64,000 nt of DNA from Oceanotoga teriensis (GCF_003148465.1 NZ_QGGI01000003.1:91940-155939); one strand, 5' to 3'; numbered from the stretch's first letter, positions 41,480-52,670 are shown. Numbers and translations are program-made. The notes: generated from the sequence alone by a model not told the origin.

Positions 41480-42388
41480 TTAAAGGTTTTTTAATACTAT
41501 TTCACCAACATTAACACCAAGAACATCTGCTATAGTTTTGCATTTTGCCATTAATATATAAAAAATATTTCCATTTTCAAATTCAAGTCCTTCAAAATTA
41601 CCTTGTCCTTTTGAAATTATAACATCTGAATTATCAAAAATATTTTTAAAAGCAGTATTTACATTAGATAAAATAGTTCCAGGATATATAGAACCACTTT
41701 CAATTGGAATTGAAACTTCTTTCAAATTTATCTCTTCTGTATCTTTTAAAGTAGCATCATTTATTATTGGAGTACTTCTGACTGCTGAATGAATCATTAA
41801 ATCTGGGTACTTATCTTTTATCACCTTTATTAGTATCTTGTCAAGTACAATTTCGCCAGCATTATCATGAATAAATAGCAATGAATTTGCATTTTTTAAT
41901 TTTTCATCTAAAATATCAAAATCATTAATACTAAATTCTCTGTTTTTTGTTAAATTTTCTATTTCCCACTCTAGTTCTCCAAAAGAATTTTTTATGCCAT
42001 AATCTATAAGATTTCCCACTGCAGATAATTTTGTGGCAAGTTTTATAGGATTTTTACTATTTCTACAAAATTCTAATAAATCATCATACATTTCAAGAAA
42101 AATTTGATTAGAATTAGTTTTTTCATTTTCATAATAATCCCTTTTCCCAAATAACTCATAAAATTTATCATACATATTTAAAGATATTTCAATGGGTTTT
42201 AAACCATAAAAAGAATTATCTACAACACTTTTTAAAATATCTTTATAAGCATTAAATAGCTCTTCTTCAGTATAATCATTTATTTTTTTTACTTTATTGA
42301 TTAAATTAAGTCCATTTTTGGCGACACAGTTTAAACACTCATAACTTGCTTTCATAAAAAACACGCTCCTAATATTATTATATAACAT
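41480..42388 (-). CDS. DUF89-family protein (ARMT1-like; tentative)
   Basis: DNAGE-containing core; N-terminal CxxC. Confidence 0.4.
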   Translation of the reverse strand: MLYNNIRSVFFMKASYECLNCVAKNGLNLINKVKKINDYTEEELFNAYKDILKSVVDNSFYGLKPIEISLNMYDKFYELFGKRDYYENEKTNSNQIFLEMYDDLLEFCRNSKNPIKLATKLSAVGNLIDYGIKNSFGELEWEIENLTKNREFSINDFDILDEKLKNANSLLFIHDNAGEIVLDKILIKVIKDKYPDLMIHSAVRSTPIINDATLKDTEEINLKEVSIPIESGSIYPGTILSNVNTAFKNIFDNSDVIISKGQGNFEGLEFENGNIFYILMAKCKTIADVLGVNVGEIVLKNL

Positions 42389-42593
42389 TATTATATAATA
42401 TATAAATTAAATTAAGTTTTGTTATTATTATTGTTATTAAATCTTTATGTTAAAAATATCTTTCTATTGAGACGCTTTTCATACATACTTTTAACAGAAA
42501 AACAATAAATTTTTTCTATACTTTTTACGGTATAATGTGATATAATAATTTGGTTTGATGTTTATTTCAAATCATTATTGTTACTTATATTTA

Positions 42594-42623
42594 TTGACAT
42601 TAAAACATTTTTATGTTTATAAT
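42594..42623 (+). promoter_or_regulatory. sigma70 consensus promoter (TTGACA, 17-nt spacer, TATAAT) for rpmH
   Basis: exact hexamers with a 17-nt spacer about 55 nt upstream of rpmH. Confidence 0.55.
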
Positions 42624-42677
42624 TAATGTTGAGAAAAATCTAAATTTTGTAGAATATATAAAGGGAGGTAAGTACAT

Positions 42678-42812
42678 TGAAAAGAACATATCAGCCATCA
42701 AGAATAAAAAGAAAGAGAACACACGGTTTCTTAGTTAGAAAAAGAACAAAAGCTGGTAGTAGTGTATTGAGAAGAAGAAGAGCTAAAGGAAGAAAAAGAT
42801 TAGCAGTTTAAG
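42678..42812 (+). CDS. rpmH: 50S ribosomal protein L34
   Basis: [21 protein letters not shown]; TTG start after an AAGGGAGG RBS. Confidence 0.85.
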
Positions 42813-42813
42813 G

Positions 42814-43167
42814 ATGAACACTCAAAGATTATACAAAAATGAACGTCTGAGACTAAGAAGAGATTTCAAGAATCTTTTTAACGATAAGGGAAGAGCAGTT
42901 TCTTCATATTTTGTTCTCGTTTACAAAGAGAATGGACTTGATCATTGTAGAATTGGAATATCAGTCAAAAAAAAATTTGGGAAAGCTCATCTCAGAAATA
43001 AAGTTAGAAGATATATAAAGGAAGTTTACAGAAAAAACAAAGAAGATTTTCCATTTGGCTATGATATTTTATTTATACCAAGAAAAGGATTATCTGATTG
43101 TTTTAAAAATGTAAATTATCATGATATTGAAAATATGATTTTTAATGTTGTGGGTAAGATAAAATGA
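42814..43167 (+). CDS. rnpA: RNase P protein component
   Basis: 117 aa basic protein with the RNR motif region ([14 protein letters not shown]). Confidence 0.85.
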   Translation: MNTQRLYKNERLRLRRDFKNLFNDKGRAVSSYFVLVYKENGLDHCRIGISVKKKFGKAHLRNKVRRYIKEVYRKNKEDFPFGYDILFIPRKGLSDCFKNVNYHDIENMIFNVVGKIK

Positions 43168-43433
43168 AATTTATAGTACTCGCGCTCATAGATTTTTATA
43201 GAAAAATCATATCCCCTTTAAAACCTCCAACCTGTAGGTTTACACCAACATGTTCCACTTACACATATACTGCTGTGGAAAGGTTTGGTGTTTTTAAAGG
43301 GTTATATCTCGGTCTCAGACGTATTTTAAGATGTCATCCTTTTAATCCTGGTGGTGAAGATCCAGTGCCAGTAAAATTTTCGTTCTTTTTAAGCAAAGTA
43401 AATGATAACAATAAGACCAGAAGGGGTGCTTGA
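43164..43433 (+). CDS. yidD: membrane protein insertion efficiency factor YidD
   Basis: [23 protein letters not shown] signature. Confidence 0.85.
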   Translation: MKFIVLALIDFYRKIISPLKPPTCRFTPTCSTYTYTAVERFGVFKGLYLGLRRILRCHPFNPGGEDPVPVKFSFFLSKVNDNNKTRRGA

Positions 43434-43434
43434 A

Positions 43435-44796
43435 TTGAAAAAGTATTTATTAATAATAGGACTTTTGGTCCTAAGTATTTTTGCATTTGCTTTACCATCT
43501 ATAGATGTTACTGAGAATGCGACCGATAATTCTTTGAAGATTGATATGAAACTTATGAATATTGAACTTGACAAATTAGGGCATATGAAAAATGTTTCCG
43601 TTGTAGAATTTAAAATAAAAAAATTCAATACTATTTATGAATATTTAAATGATTCATTCGATATTATTGATCCGGAAACTCAAGAAGAAATTTTGCCAGA
43701 TAATTATAGTTACAGAATCGATGCAGATGAAAAATTTATAGAAGTATCTTATTTTTATGGAAATACAGGAGTTAAAACTTATAGATTTTATAATGATCCA
43801 AACTTTCATTTTGATTTAGAACTAAATAATTTAGAGGGATATGTAAAAATTCCTACAATTTCTTATCAACCTGGAATAAGAATTATGGATTCAAGAATGA
43901 TTTCTTATATAGAAAAATTACCAGATACTGGTAAGAAGTTTAAAGCTTTATTTGCAATTGATGCACCATCTAAAATTGAAAATAATTTAAGTTTTTATAC
44001 ACAGGGGAAAACAAATGCAAAAATTTATATGGGACCATTTAAAAGGACTTTTGTAAAAGAAACCTTTTCTGAAAATACTTATAACGACATAAAAACCATG
44101 TTAAAAGAAGTTGGAGCATTAGGTTGGTTATCATCTATTTTTTATTGGTTTGTTGAATTTTTATGGTGGCTTTATAATATAACTGGAAATTTTGGTTGGG
44201 CTATAATAATATTTACAGTTATAATAAGATTAGTATTGTATCCTTTATATCATAAACAAACAAAGTCTATGGTTCAAATGAGAGAAATTCAACCAGAAGT
44301 AGATAAATTGAAAAAGAAATATTCCAATCCTCAAAAACAACAAGAAGAAATGATGAAACTTTATAGAGAAAAAGGAATTAATCCAGCTGGAGGATGTTTG
44401 CCAGCATTGATACAATTGCCAGTCTTTTTAATACTTTGGCAGACTATACAATATTTTGGAGAAAGTTTTGCATATAATCCAAAATTCTTAATTTGGAATG
44501 ATCTTTCAGAAGGTGGTTTTGTAACAAACTTACTATTAATAGTTATATCATTAATAGCATATATTTTAAACGCACTTTTAAGTTCTCAAAATTCAAAGAT
44601 GGCTTGGCAATCTATAGGTATGTCAGTTATATTCCCTATATTCCTTGCTAATTTGCCAGCAGGTGTATTCCTTTACTATGCTACAAATGCTTCTATTCAA
44701 GTTCTTATGACTTTCTATAATAATAAGAGACATGGTATAAAAGGAATATCTGTTAGAGAACTATTTGGACTCGGCCCTAAACCTGTTAGGAGGTGA
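43435..44796 (+). CDS. yidC: membrane protein insertase YidC (long periplasmic domain, diderm type)
   Basis: TTG start after GGGGTG; N-terminal signal anchor, roughly 230-aa periplasmic domain, 5-TM core. Confidence 0.85.
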   Translation: MKKYLLIIGLLVLSIFAFALPSIDVTENATDNSLKIDMKLMNIELDKLGHMKNVSVVEFKIKKFNTIYEYLNDSFDIIDPETQEEILPDNYSYRIDADEKFIEVSYFYGNTGVKTYRFYNDPNFHFDLELNNLEGYVKIPTISYQPGIRIMDSRMISYIEKLPDTGKKFKALFAIDAPSKIENNLSFYTQGKTNAKIYMGPFKRTFVKETFSENTYNDIKTMLKEVGALGWLSSIFYWFVEFLWWLYNITGNFGWAIIIFTVIIRLVLYPLYHKQTKSMVQMREIQPEVDKLKKKYSNPQKQQEEMMKLYREKGINPAGGCLPALIQLPVFLILWQTIQYFGESFAYNPKFLIWNDLSEGGFVTNLLLIVISLIAYILNALLSSQNSKMAWQSIGMSVIFPIFLANLPAGVFLYYATNASIQVLMTFYNNKRHGIKGISVRELFGLGPKPVRR

Positions 44797-45434
44797 ATTT
44801 AATGATTAAAATAAAGTCACAGCAATTTACATCTAAAAACCTAGAAGAAGCTTTAGAAAAAGCGCAATTAGAATTTGGGGTTGAAAAGAATGAAATATCC
44901 TATAAAGTTATACAAGAATCAAGTAAAGGTTTTTTATTTGGAATAGGAAGTAAACCTATAATTATAGACGCTTTTATAAATGAAAACTTTTTAGTCAATA
45001 AAATAAAAGAATTTTTATCAGAAGTATTAATTCATTTTGATGAAGATATAAAGACCAATATAAAAGTATTTGGAAAAACTATTGTTATATATTTAGATGG
45101 TGATGGACTTGGTAAACTCATAGGAAAACATGGTAGAACATTAGGCGCATTACAACATTTAATAATGATATATATAAATAGAATGACAGATACTAAAGTA
45201 GATATAAAACTCGATATTGGTGAATATAGAAAAAAGAGAAGAAGGAAAATAGAAGAAATAGCAGAACAAGCTGCATTAAAAGTAAAAAAACAAAAAAATG
45301 AAGTAGAGCTTGCTCCAATGTTTTCATTTGAGAGAAAGACTGTACATGAATATATAAGAAAAAACCATCCAGAAATAAAAACTAAATCTGTTGGGTTAGA
45401 ACCTTACAGAAAAGTTGTTCTCATATCACAATAA
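44793..45434 (+). CDS. jag: Jag/KhpB RNA-binding protein (KH and R3H domains)
   Basis: GKHGRTLGALQHL KH motif; follows yidC. Confidence 0.75.
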   Translation: MNLMIKIKSQQFTSKNLEEALEKAQLEFGVEKNEISYKVIQESSKGFLFGIGSKPIIIDAFINENFLVNKIKEFLSEVLIHFDEDIKTNIKVFGKTIVIYLDGDGLGKLIGKHGRTLGALQHLIMIYINRMTDTKVDIKLDIGEYRKKRRRKIEEIAEQAALKVKKQKNEVELAPMFSFERKTVHEYIRKNHPEIKTKSVGLEPYRKVVLISQ

Positions 45435-45456
45435 CATTTTAAAGGGGTGAAAAATT

Positions 45457-45816
45457 ATGAAAAAAGTTATTACAGATAATGCAAAAAATGTTGCCCCAAT
45501 ACTAATAAACAATGAAACCGTTAAAAATGTTGAAAAAAGAATACTCATAGGAAGTAAACAAGAAGCACCGAATTTTGTTATGAGACTTTTTACTGTTAAA
45601 CCTGGTGGACATTCACCTAAACATAGTCATAATTGGGAACATGAGGTTTTTATAGTAAAAGGAAAAGCAGAAGTATTTAATGGTGAAGAGTATATTGTTG
45701 TGGAAGAAGGAAGTTATGTTTTTGTTCCACCAGAAATAGAGCATCAATTTAAAAATGTTGGAAAAACAGATTTAGAATTTATATGTGTAATACCAAATAC
45801 AGCAGATGAAGAATAA
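45457..45816 (+). CDS. cupin-domain protein
   Basis: two-His cupin motifs (HSHNWEHE; PPEIEHQF). Confidence 0.5.
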   Translation: MKKVITDNAKNVAPILINNETVKNVEKRILIGSKQEAPNFVMRLFTVKPGGHSPKHSHNWEHEVFIVKGKAEVFNGEEYIVVEEGSYVFVPPEIEHQFKNVGKTDLEFICVIPNTADEE

Positions 45817-45830
45817 AAACATGAAATATA

Positions 45831-45863
45831 AAAATCCGCATAGTATTAAACTATGCGGATTTT
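45831..45863. terminator. bidirectional terminator between the cupin gene and cutC
   Basis: AAAAUCCGCAUAG-UAUUAAA-CUAUGCGGAUUUU. Confidence 0.65.
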
Positions 45864-46576
45864 ATAATATTTTTTATATTTTTAATTTTGTTTAAATCAG
45901 TTTTAAAAATTTTATCATCATCCATGTATCCAATTAAAGCTTCTTTTTTAAATATCATATTTGATTCAAATATTTTTTTTGCTGACATATGAATATCATC
46001 AACACCAGTGTTTAATATAGAAAGTATATTTTCTTCTGAAATACCACTTCCAGCCATAATTTTAATTTTATTATTAGCTCTTTTAACTATTTGTTCCATC
46101 ATTTTTAAATCATCATAAGCTTTATCTTTCCCAGCGGAAGTAAGAACTCTATCTACTCCAACATCTATTAAATCATCTATAGATTTTAAAATATCTTTAG
46201 ATCTATCTATTGCTCTATGAAAAGTTACTTTTAATGGATAAGCCAATTCTAAAATTTGTTTAGTTTTAAGCTTATCTATATTACCAAATTTATCTAAAAA
46301 TCCAATCACTACACCATCCATTTCAAGATCTTTTGCTAAGATAACATCTTCTTTAATAGTATCAAATTCAAATTTATTATAAAGAAAATCTCCAGCACGA
46401 GGTCTTATTATTGGATATAGTTCTATATCTATCAATTTTCTGGCTTTTTTCATCAGACCATATGATGGAGTAGTTCCACCAAGACTTAAATCCGAACATA
46501 ATTCTATTCTATCAACTCCAGCATTATTAGCAATTATTGCCGATTCTAAAAGATCAACAGATATTTCTAAAGTCAT
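45851..46576 (-). CDS. cutC: copper homeostasis protein CutC family
   Basis: TIM-barrel CutC motifs (VDRIELCSDL, HRAID). Confidence 0.7.
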   Translation of the reverse strand: MTLEISVDLLESAIIANNAGVDRIELCSDLSLGGTTPSYGLMKKARKLIDIELYPIIRPRAGDFLYNKFEFDTIKEDVILAKDLEMDGVVIGFLDKFGNIDKLKTKQILELAYPLKVTFHRAIDRSKDILKSIDDLIDVGVDRVLTSAGKDKAYDDLKMMEQIVKRANNKIKIMAGSGISEENILSILNTGVDDIHMSAKKIFESNMIFKKEALIGYMDDDKIFKTDLNKIKNIKNIIKSA

Positions 46577-46588
46577 AAAATCCCTCCA

Positions 46589-47815
46589 TTAAAAATAATT
46601 AAAATTTAAATATTTCTTTAAAGGTTCTGGTACTAATATTCTACCATCTTCAGTTTGATTTTGTTCAATTATAGCTAATAAAGTTCTATCAGTTACAAGA
46701 GTACAATTTAATGTATGTGGATAAATAAATAAATCATTTTTTAAGTATTTGATATTAAGTCTTCTACTTTGAAAATCTAATATATTAGAACCAGAGTGAG
46801 TTTCTCTATATGCTTTAAAACCTGGAAACCAAGATTCTATATCATATTTTTTAAAAGCAGGAGCTCCTAAATCTCCACTACAAACATTTACAACTCTAAA
46901 ATGTAAATCAAGACTTTTCATAAAATCAATTGAATTTTTGATTAAGAAATCAAAATATTTTTCTGAATCTTCTGGTTTACAAAAACAAATTTGTTCTACT
47001 TTATTAAATTGATGTACTCTAAATATACCTCTACTTTCTTTTCCATAAGAACCTGATTCAGTTCTAAAACATGGAGTATAAGCTGTATATAAAATAGGTA
47101 AATCTTTTTCTTTTAATAATTTATCCATATTATAAGAAATGAGCGTTTGTTCAGAAGTTCCAATCAAATTTAAATCTTCATCTTCTATTTTATAATTTTC
47201 ATCAGAAATGAAAGGTATAAATCCTGTACCATAAAGACTTTTTTTTCTTGTTAATATTGGAGTAAACATCAATTCAAAATTTTTTTCTAATAAAAAATCT
47301 ATGGCATAATTAATTAATGCCCTTAAAACGATTGCTCCTTTATTTTTCCAATAATAAAAACCATTACCAGAAACTTTTGAACCTTGTTTAATATCAAGAA
47401 TATCTTTTTTTACACATAATTCATCATGTATTAAAGGTATAAAATTAAAAATTTTTTTTTCATTATATTTATAAATTTCTATATTATCTTTTTCATCTAA
47501 ACCAATGGGGACATCATCTGAAAGAATATTAGGGATTCTATCTAAATAATAATTCCTTTTATTTGTTATAGATTTAAATTTTAATTCTAATTTTTTTAAA
47601 TCCTCTTTTAAAACTTTTATTTTTTGTGAATTTTTGGGACCATTTAAACTATTTTTTAATTGTCTCAAATCATCAATTCTTTTTTTTATATTTCTGAATT
47701 CATTATCTAAAGATATCAATTCATCAATATTGAGATTTATATTTCTTTTATTACAAATTTCTTTTACCTCTTTCGGGTTCTCTCGTATAAATTTTATGTC
47801 TAACACTGTTACCAT
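46589..47815 (-). CDS. serS: seryl-tRNA synthetase (true start possibly the GTG at 47806)
   Basis: class II motifs; N-terminal coiled coil; AGGAG RBS abuts the annotated ATG, whereas GTG 9 nt downstream gives MLDIKFIRENP. Confidence 0.9.
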   Translation of the reverse strand: MVTVLDIKFIRENPKEVKEICNKRNINLNIDELISLDNEFRNIKKRIDDLRQLKNSLNGPKNSQKIKVLKEDLKKLELKFKSITNKRNYYLDRIPNILSDDVPIGLDEKDNIEIYKYNEKKIFNFIPLIHDELCVKKDILDIKQGSKVSGNGFYYWKNKGAIVLRALINYAIDFLLEKNFELMFTPILTRKKSLYGTGFIPFISDENYKIEDEDLNLIGTSEQTLISYNMDKLLKEKDLPILYTAYTPCFRTESGSYGKESRGIFRVHQFNKVEQICFCKPEDSEKYFDFLIKNSIDFMKSLDLHFRVVNVCSGDLGAPAFKKYDIESWFPGFKAYRETHSGSNILDFQSRRLNIKYLKNDLFIYPHTLNCTLVTDRTLLAIIEQNQTEDGRILVPEPLKKYLNFNYF

Positions 47816-47821
47816 CTCCTT

Positions 47822-47860
47822 TTATAAAAAAAAATGATGCTATAAAAATAGCATCATTTT
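47822..47860 (-). terminator. intrinsic terminator-like hairpin with U9 immediately 5' of the serS RBS (candidate attenuator)
   Basis: on the minus strand AAAAUGAUGCUAUUUUUAUAGCAUCAUUUUUUUUU, then AUAAAAGGAG. Confidence 0.5.
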
Positions 47861-48022
47861 AGATATTTGAAATTTGTTAAAATAAATTAACAAACTCACA
47901 GCTATCAAAACGATGCTGTAAGTTGGAGGATAAAACGATATTAAAATTTTTAATATTATTAATCATATAGATCACCTTATATATTTTTTATTAAATTATT
48001 ATATCATAATTAATTTATATAG

Positions 48023-48751
48023 TCAAACAATAATACCTTTACTAATAAAAATATCTTTGACTTTTCTTAATTTATTATTATCTGGTGGTAAAACATCTGA
48101 CAATTCGTATTTTAATCCTAAATTTTGCCATTTATATTCTCCCATTTTATGAAAAGGAAGTATTTCTACTTTTTCAACATTTTTAAGTTCTTTTATGAAA
48201 TCAGCAAGATCATTTAATAATGATTCTTTATCATTCAAAGTTGGAACTAAAACATGTCTTATCCAAGTAGGTTTATTTATTTCTGATAAATATTTTGCAA
48301 ATTCTAAAGTAGGTTTTAATTCAACTCCTGTTATATTTTTATATATTTTTTCATCTATAGCTTTAATATCAAGAAGTACTAAATCTACATATTTTAAAAC
48401 ATCTTTAACCTTATCATTGAATATATATCCTGAAGTATCTACAGCAGTATGCAATCCTTCTTGTTTAAATCTTTTTAAAATTTCTTTTAAAAAATCTATT
48501 TGCATAAAAGGTTCTCCGCCTGTTATTGTAACTCCTCCATTTTTTATAAAGCTTTTGTACTTTAAAACATGATTTACCACAAATTCTGGTGATCTATGAT
48601 ATTTAGCTTCTTTTATATTCCAAGTATCTGGATTATGACAAAATTTACATCTCAAAGGACAACCTTGCATGAAAATTACAAATCTTAACCCAGGTCCGTC
48701 TACAGTTCCACAAGATTCAAAAGAATGTAATTCTCCAATTAGTCTATTCAA
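48023..48751 (-). CDS. pflA: pyruvate formate-lyase activating enzyme (radical SAM)
   Basis: CPLRCKFCHNPDTW radical-SAM cluster motif. Confidence 0.85.
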   Translation of the reverse strand: MNRLIGELHSFESCGTVDGPGLRFVIFMQGCPLRCKFCHNPDTWNIKEAKYHRSPEFVVNHVLKYKSFIKNGGVTITGGEPFMQIDFLKEILKRFKQEGLHTAVDTSGYIFNDKVKDVLKYVDLVLLDIKAIDEKIYKNITGVELKPTLEFAKYLSEINKPTWIRHVLVPTLNDKESLLNDLADFIKELKNVEKVEILPFHKMGEYKWQNLGLKYELSDVLPPDNNKLRKVKDIFISKGIIV

Positions 48752-48813
48752 AGTAAATCACCTTCTAACAAAAAACTGCCGTAATTATTTTTTATATTAC
48801 GACAGTTATTATT

Positions 48814-51048
48814 TTAAATTCTTTCTGCTATTGTTCTGTTTATAACATCTAGTTGTTGTTCTTTAGTAAGTTTTACAAAATTAACGGCATAACCTGAAAC
48901 TCTAATAGTTAATTGAGGATAATTTTCTGGATGTTCCATAGCATCTATTAAAAGATTTCTATTAAAAACATTTACATTTAAATGCTGACCACCATTAGGT
49001 GTGAAATATCCATCTAATAATGAAATTAAGTTTTTTTGTCTTTCTTCATCTGTTTTTCCCAAAGTTGATGGAGTAATTGCAAAAGTATATGAAATTCCAT
49101 CATTTGCATGTTCAAACGGAAGTTTTGCAACAGAAGATAATGAAGCAATAGCTCCTCTTTTATCTCTACCATGCATAGGATTTGCGCCTGGTGCAAAAGG
49201 TTCACCAGCTTTTCTTCCATCAGGAGTACTTCCAGTTTTTTTACCATAAACTACATTTGAAGTTATTGTTAAAATTGATTGAGTAGGTACTGCGTTTCTA
49301 TACATCTTATGTTTTCTAAGTTCATTCATAAAATATTCTACAGTTTCAACTGCAATATTATCAGTTTCATCTTCATTATTTCCAAAAGCTACATATTCAC
49401 CTTCTATTTTATAATCGATAGCAAGACCAACATCATTTCTTATTACTTTTACCTTAGCATTTTTAATTGCAGCAAGAGAATCAGCTATTATAGATAATCC
49501 TGCAATACCGAATGCTTCTGTTCTTATAACTTCAGCATCATGTAAAGCCATTTGTACTGCTTCATAGGAATATTTATCATGCATAAAATGAATTATATTT
49601 AATGCTTTAACATAAACTCCAGCTAACCATTTCAACATATTTTGAAGTTTTTCTTTTACTTCTTCATAATTTAAGTATTCGGAATTTATAGGTTCATACT
49701 TTGGAGCAACTTGCACACCTGTTTTTTCATCTTTTCCTCCATTTATTGCATATAATAAAGCTTTTGGAAGATTTACTCTTGCACCAAAAAATTGCATTTG
49801 TTTACCTATTTTCATTGGAGAAACACAACAAGCTATACCATAATCATCTCCAAATTCGGGTCTCATTAAATCATCATTTTCATATTGTAAAGCTGAAGTA
49901 TCTATTGAAACTTTTGTACAATACTTTTTCCAATTTTCTGGAAGACGTTCAGACCATAAAATTGTCATATTAGGCTCTGGTGCAGAACCTAAATTATATA
50001 AAGTATTTAAAAATCTAAAAGAAGTTTTTGTTACAAGACTTCTACCATCTACACCCATTCCACCAATTGATTCTGTAACCCAAGTTGGATCACCTGAGAA
50101 TAATTCATTATAAGAAGGGGTCCTTAAAAATCTAACAATTCTCAATTTCATTACAAAATGATCTATATATTCTTGAGCTGTTTTTTCATCTATTATTCCA
50201 TCATCAAGATCTCTCTTTATATAAATATCTAAAAAAGTAGAAACTCTACCTAAAGACATTGCGGCTCCATTTTGTTCTTTAACAGCTGCAAGATATCCAA
50301 AATAAGTCCATTGAATAGCTTCTTTTGAATTATTAGCTGGTTTTGAAATATCAAAACCATAAGATAAAGCCATATTTTTTAAAGCATTCAAAGCTTTTAT
50401 TTGTTCTGAAAATTCTTCTCTTTTTAATATTAATTCTTCATCCATATCATATTTATTATATTTCTCTGAAAGTAAAAATTTCTTTTCTTCTATTAATTTG
50501 TCTACACCATATAAAGCAACTCTTCTATAGTCACCAATAATTCTACCTCTACCATATGCATCTGGTAATCCTGTAACAATACCAGATCTTCTACAAGCTC
50601 TTATTTCATCTGTATAAGCAGAAAATACACCATCATTATGTGATTTTCTGTACTTAGTATATATTTTTTCAGTGGTTTCATCGAGAGTATAACCATATGC
50701 TTCAAGTGATTGTTTTACCATTCTAAGTCCACCATTTGGGAAAATTGCTCTTTTTAATGGTTTATCTGTTTGAACACCAACTATTTTTTCGATTTCTTTT
50801 TCAATATAACCTGGATCATAATTGTCTATTTGTGATGGTTCTGATGTTTCTGCATCATATATACCTTTTTCATTCTCAACTTTAAACATTTCAGATAATT
50901 TATTCCAAAGTTTCTTTGAATTTTCTGTTGCTTCTGCAAGAAATTTTTCATCCCCGGTATATTCAGTATAATTATTCTGAATAAAATCTCTCACATTAAT
51001 TTCTTTTTTCCATAAATCGCCTTTAAAACCTTTCCATTCTTCAAACAT
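48814..51048 (-). CDS. pflB: pyruvate formate-lyase (glycyl radical enzyme)
   Basis: ACCVS catalytic Cys pair and RVSGYAVNF glycyl-radical motif; 744 aa. Confidence 0.9.
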   Translation of the reverse strand: MFEEWKGFKGDLWKKEINVRDFIQNNYTEYTGDEKFLAEATENSKKLWNKLSEMFKVENEKGIYDAETSEPSQIDNYDPGYIEKEIEKIVGVQTDKPLKRAIFPNGGLRMVKQSLEAYGYTLDETTEKIYTKYRKSHNDGVFSAYTDEIRACRRSGIVTGLPDAYGRGRIIGDYRRVALYGVDKLIEEKKFLLSEKYNKYDMDEELILKREEFSEQIKALNALKNMALSYGFDISKPANNSKEAIQWTYFGYLAAVKEQNGAAMSLGRVSTFLDIYIKRDLDDGIIDEKTAQEYIDHFVMKLRIVRFLRTPSYNELFSGDPTWVTESIGGMGVDGRSLVTKTSFRFLNTLYNLGSAPEPNMTILWSERLPENWKKYCTKVSIDTSALQYENDDLMRPEFGDDYGIACCVSPMKIGKQMQFFGARVNLPKALLYAINGGKDEKTGVQVAPKYEPINSEYLNYEEVKEKLQNMLKWLAGVYVKALNIIHFMHDKYSYEAVQMALHDAEVIRTEAFGIAGLSIIADSLAAIKNAKVKVIRNDVGLAIDYKIEGEYVAFGNNEDETDNIAVETVEYFMNELRKHKMYRNAVPTQSILTITSNVVYGKKTGSTPDGRKAGEPFAPGANPMHGRDKRGAIASLSSVAKLPFEHANDGISYTFAITPSTLGKTDEERQKNLISLLDGYFTPNGGQHLNVNVFNRNLLIDAMEHPENYPQLTIRVSGYAVNFVKLTKEQQLDVINRTIAERI

Positions 51049-51258
51049 ACTTTACCCTCCCACTATATGATTTGAGAAAAAATTGTACAATATATAGTAC
51101 AATCATATGATATAATAATTCTATTTCTGACATATAAAGTCAAGTTTAAGTTTTATGTTTTAAATTTATATTGATATTAAAATATATTAAATTTTTTGAT
51201 GATATAAATTGCTAATATTTAATAAAATGAAAAAAATATTATTATTTAATTAAAAAAG

Positions 51259-51279
51259 AGACGCTTATGGCGTCTCTAT
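51259..51279 (-). terminator. terminator after the GyrI-like gene
   Basis: AGAGACGCCAUAAGCGUCUCU followed by U6 on the minus strand. Confidence 0.6.
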
Positions 51280-51321
51280 AAACAGATATATATTAACTTC
51301 TAATTTATGATAAAATATTTT

Positions 51322-51642
51322 TTATAACTCTACTTTAATAACAGGATCACATAGATAAGTTATTAATAGTTCAGGTTGAACTTGTGTAAAACTATTTTGA
51401 TACCATTCAAAAGAAGGTCTATTTGAATCAAACTTCCATCCACTATTTGGAAGCCATTCTTTTCTCCATTTATCCCAGATATTTCCAATTTCTTCATAAG
51501 AACCTTGATGGGTTAAAATAGCATACATTCCACCAGGAGTTTCATAATATTTCAATCCAAAATCTTCTTTAATTTTTTTAGGAATACTCATACATACACC
51601 CCATCTTTTTTTATTCCAATCTATTTGAGTACTCTTTTTCAC
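51322..51642 (-). CDS. GyrI-like small-molecule-binding domain protein
   Basis: 106 aa matching the effector-binding domain of AraC/GyrI-type regulators. Confidence 0.45.
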   Translation of the reverse strand: MKKSTQIDWNKKRWGVCMSIPKKIKEDFGLKYYETPGGMYAILTHQGSYEEIGNIWDKWRKEWLPNSGWKFDSNRPSFEWYQNSFTQVQPELLITYLCDPVIKVEL

Positions 51643-51770
51643 AAGATCATCTCCATTATATATTAGTTTTAAATTAAAAATCTGTCCAAACTTGTCATTT
51701 TTATATTAAAAATATTATAAATTATTTTGATATAATAAATAAGAAATAAATTTATAATTGGGAGGCAAAT

Positions 51771-52421
51771 ATGTTTGATTTTGATAATTATGAAAAATTT
51801 ACCAAAGGCGAAGAAATAGCAAATTCAATAATTCATGGAATTGGAATTTTATTTTCATTGGCAGCTTTAGTTTTAATGATTGTTTTTTCATCCATTAAAG
51901 GAGATCCTTGGAAAATTGTTAGTACAACTATTTTTGGGTCTACATTACTAATTATGTATACTTCTTCTACTTTATATCATGCTCTCACTAATAGAAAAGC
52001 AAAACATATTTTTGAAATTTTTGATCATATATCAATATATTTATTAATTGCAGGAACTTATACACCTTATACATTAGTTACATTAAGAGGACCTTTAGGT
52101 TGGACAATATTTGGGATAGTATGGGGTATGGCAGTATTAGGAATACTTTTTAAAATCTTTTTTTTAAAAAAACATGTAATGCTTAGTACATTCATTTATA
52201 TATTAATGGGCTGGATCATAATTATAGGAATAAAACAAATCTTTTTAAACTTACCATTTTGGGGTTTTATTTGGTTAGTAATTGGAGGAATATTGTATAC
52301 TATCGGAACTATATTCTATATTTGGAGAAAATTTAAATATCATCATGCAGTATGGCATATTTTTGTATTATTTGGAAGTTTTTCACATTTTATATCTATA
52401 TTTTTTTATATTATTTTTTAA
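51771..52421 (+). CDS. hemolysin III family (PAQR) membrane protein
   Basis: 7-TM protein with HxxxH and S...HAVWH motifs. Confidence 0.75.
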   Translation: MFDFDNYEKFTKGEEIANSIIHGIGILFSLAALVLMIVFSSIKGDPWKIVSTTIFGSTLLIMYTSSTLYHALTNRKAKHIFEIFDHISIYLLIAGTYTPYTLVTLRGPLGWTIFGIVWGMAVLGILFKIFFLKKHVMLSTFIYILMGWIIIIGIKQIFLNLPFWGFIWLVIGGILYTIGTIFYIWRKFKYHHAVWHIFVLFGSFSHFISIFFYIIF

Positions 52422-52670
52422 TATTTAAGATTATATCGAATATATTATATATTATTATATCTTGAATTAATATTTCAAATGATGTATAATATCTTTTGTT
52501 AAAAAGATATTATATAAAAAATAAACTGATGAGCAAAATACACCAGAATACTGATAAATCTATCAGTATTGACTGGTGTACTTTATTTTTTTTGAGAGAT
52601 ATAATATTAACTTTTTAGGCAAAATATTAAAACATCTTGGTGGATGTAAAAAACATTAGGAGGGATTTTT

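Noticed and set aside
42389-42677. oriC or DnaA-box cluster upstream of rpmH
   Set aside because: No TTATCCACA-like 9-mers or other reiterated motif were found, only a sigma70 promoter. The origin therefore cannot be called from this sequence.
47857-47990. T-box riboswitch upstream of serS
   Set aside because: A terminator is present, but the conserved T-box sequence (AANNGGGUGGNACCGCG) and a specifier-loop architecture are absent. It is recorded instead as a possible leader-peptide attenuator.
52422-52670. TPP, preQ1 or cobalamin riboswitch upstream of the dedicated ECF transporter
   Set aside because: There is no CUGAGA/GGGG TPP core and no B12 box. The only structure is a long perfect nested hairpin with a U-run at 52537-52600, which reads as an intrinsic terminator.
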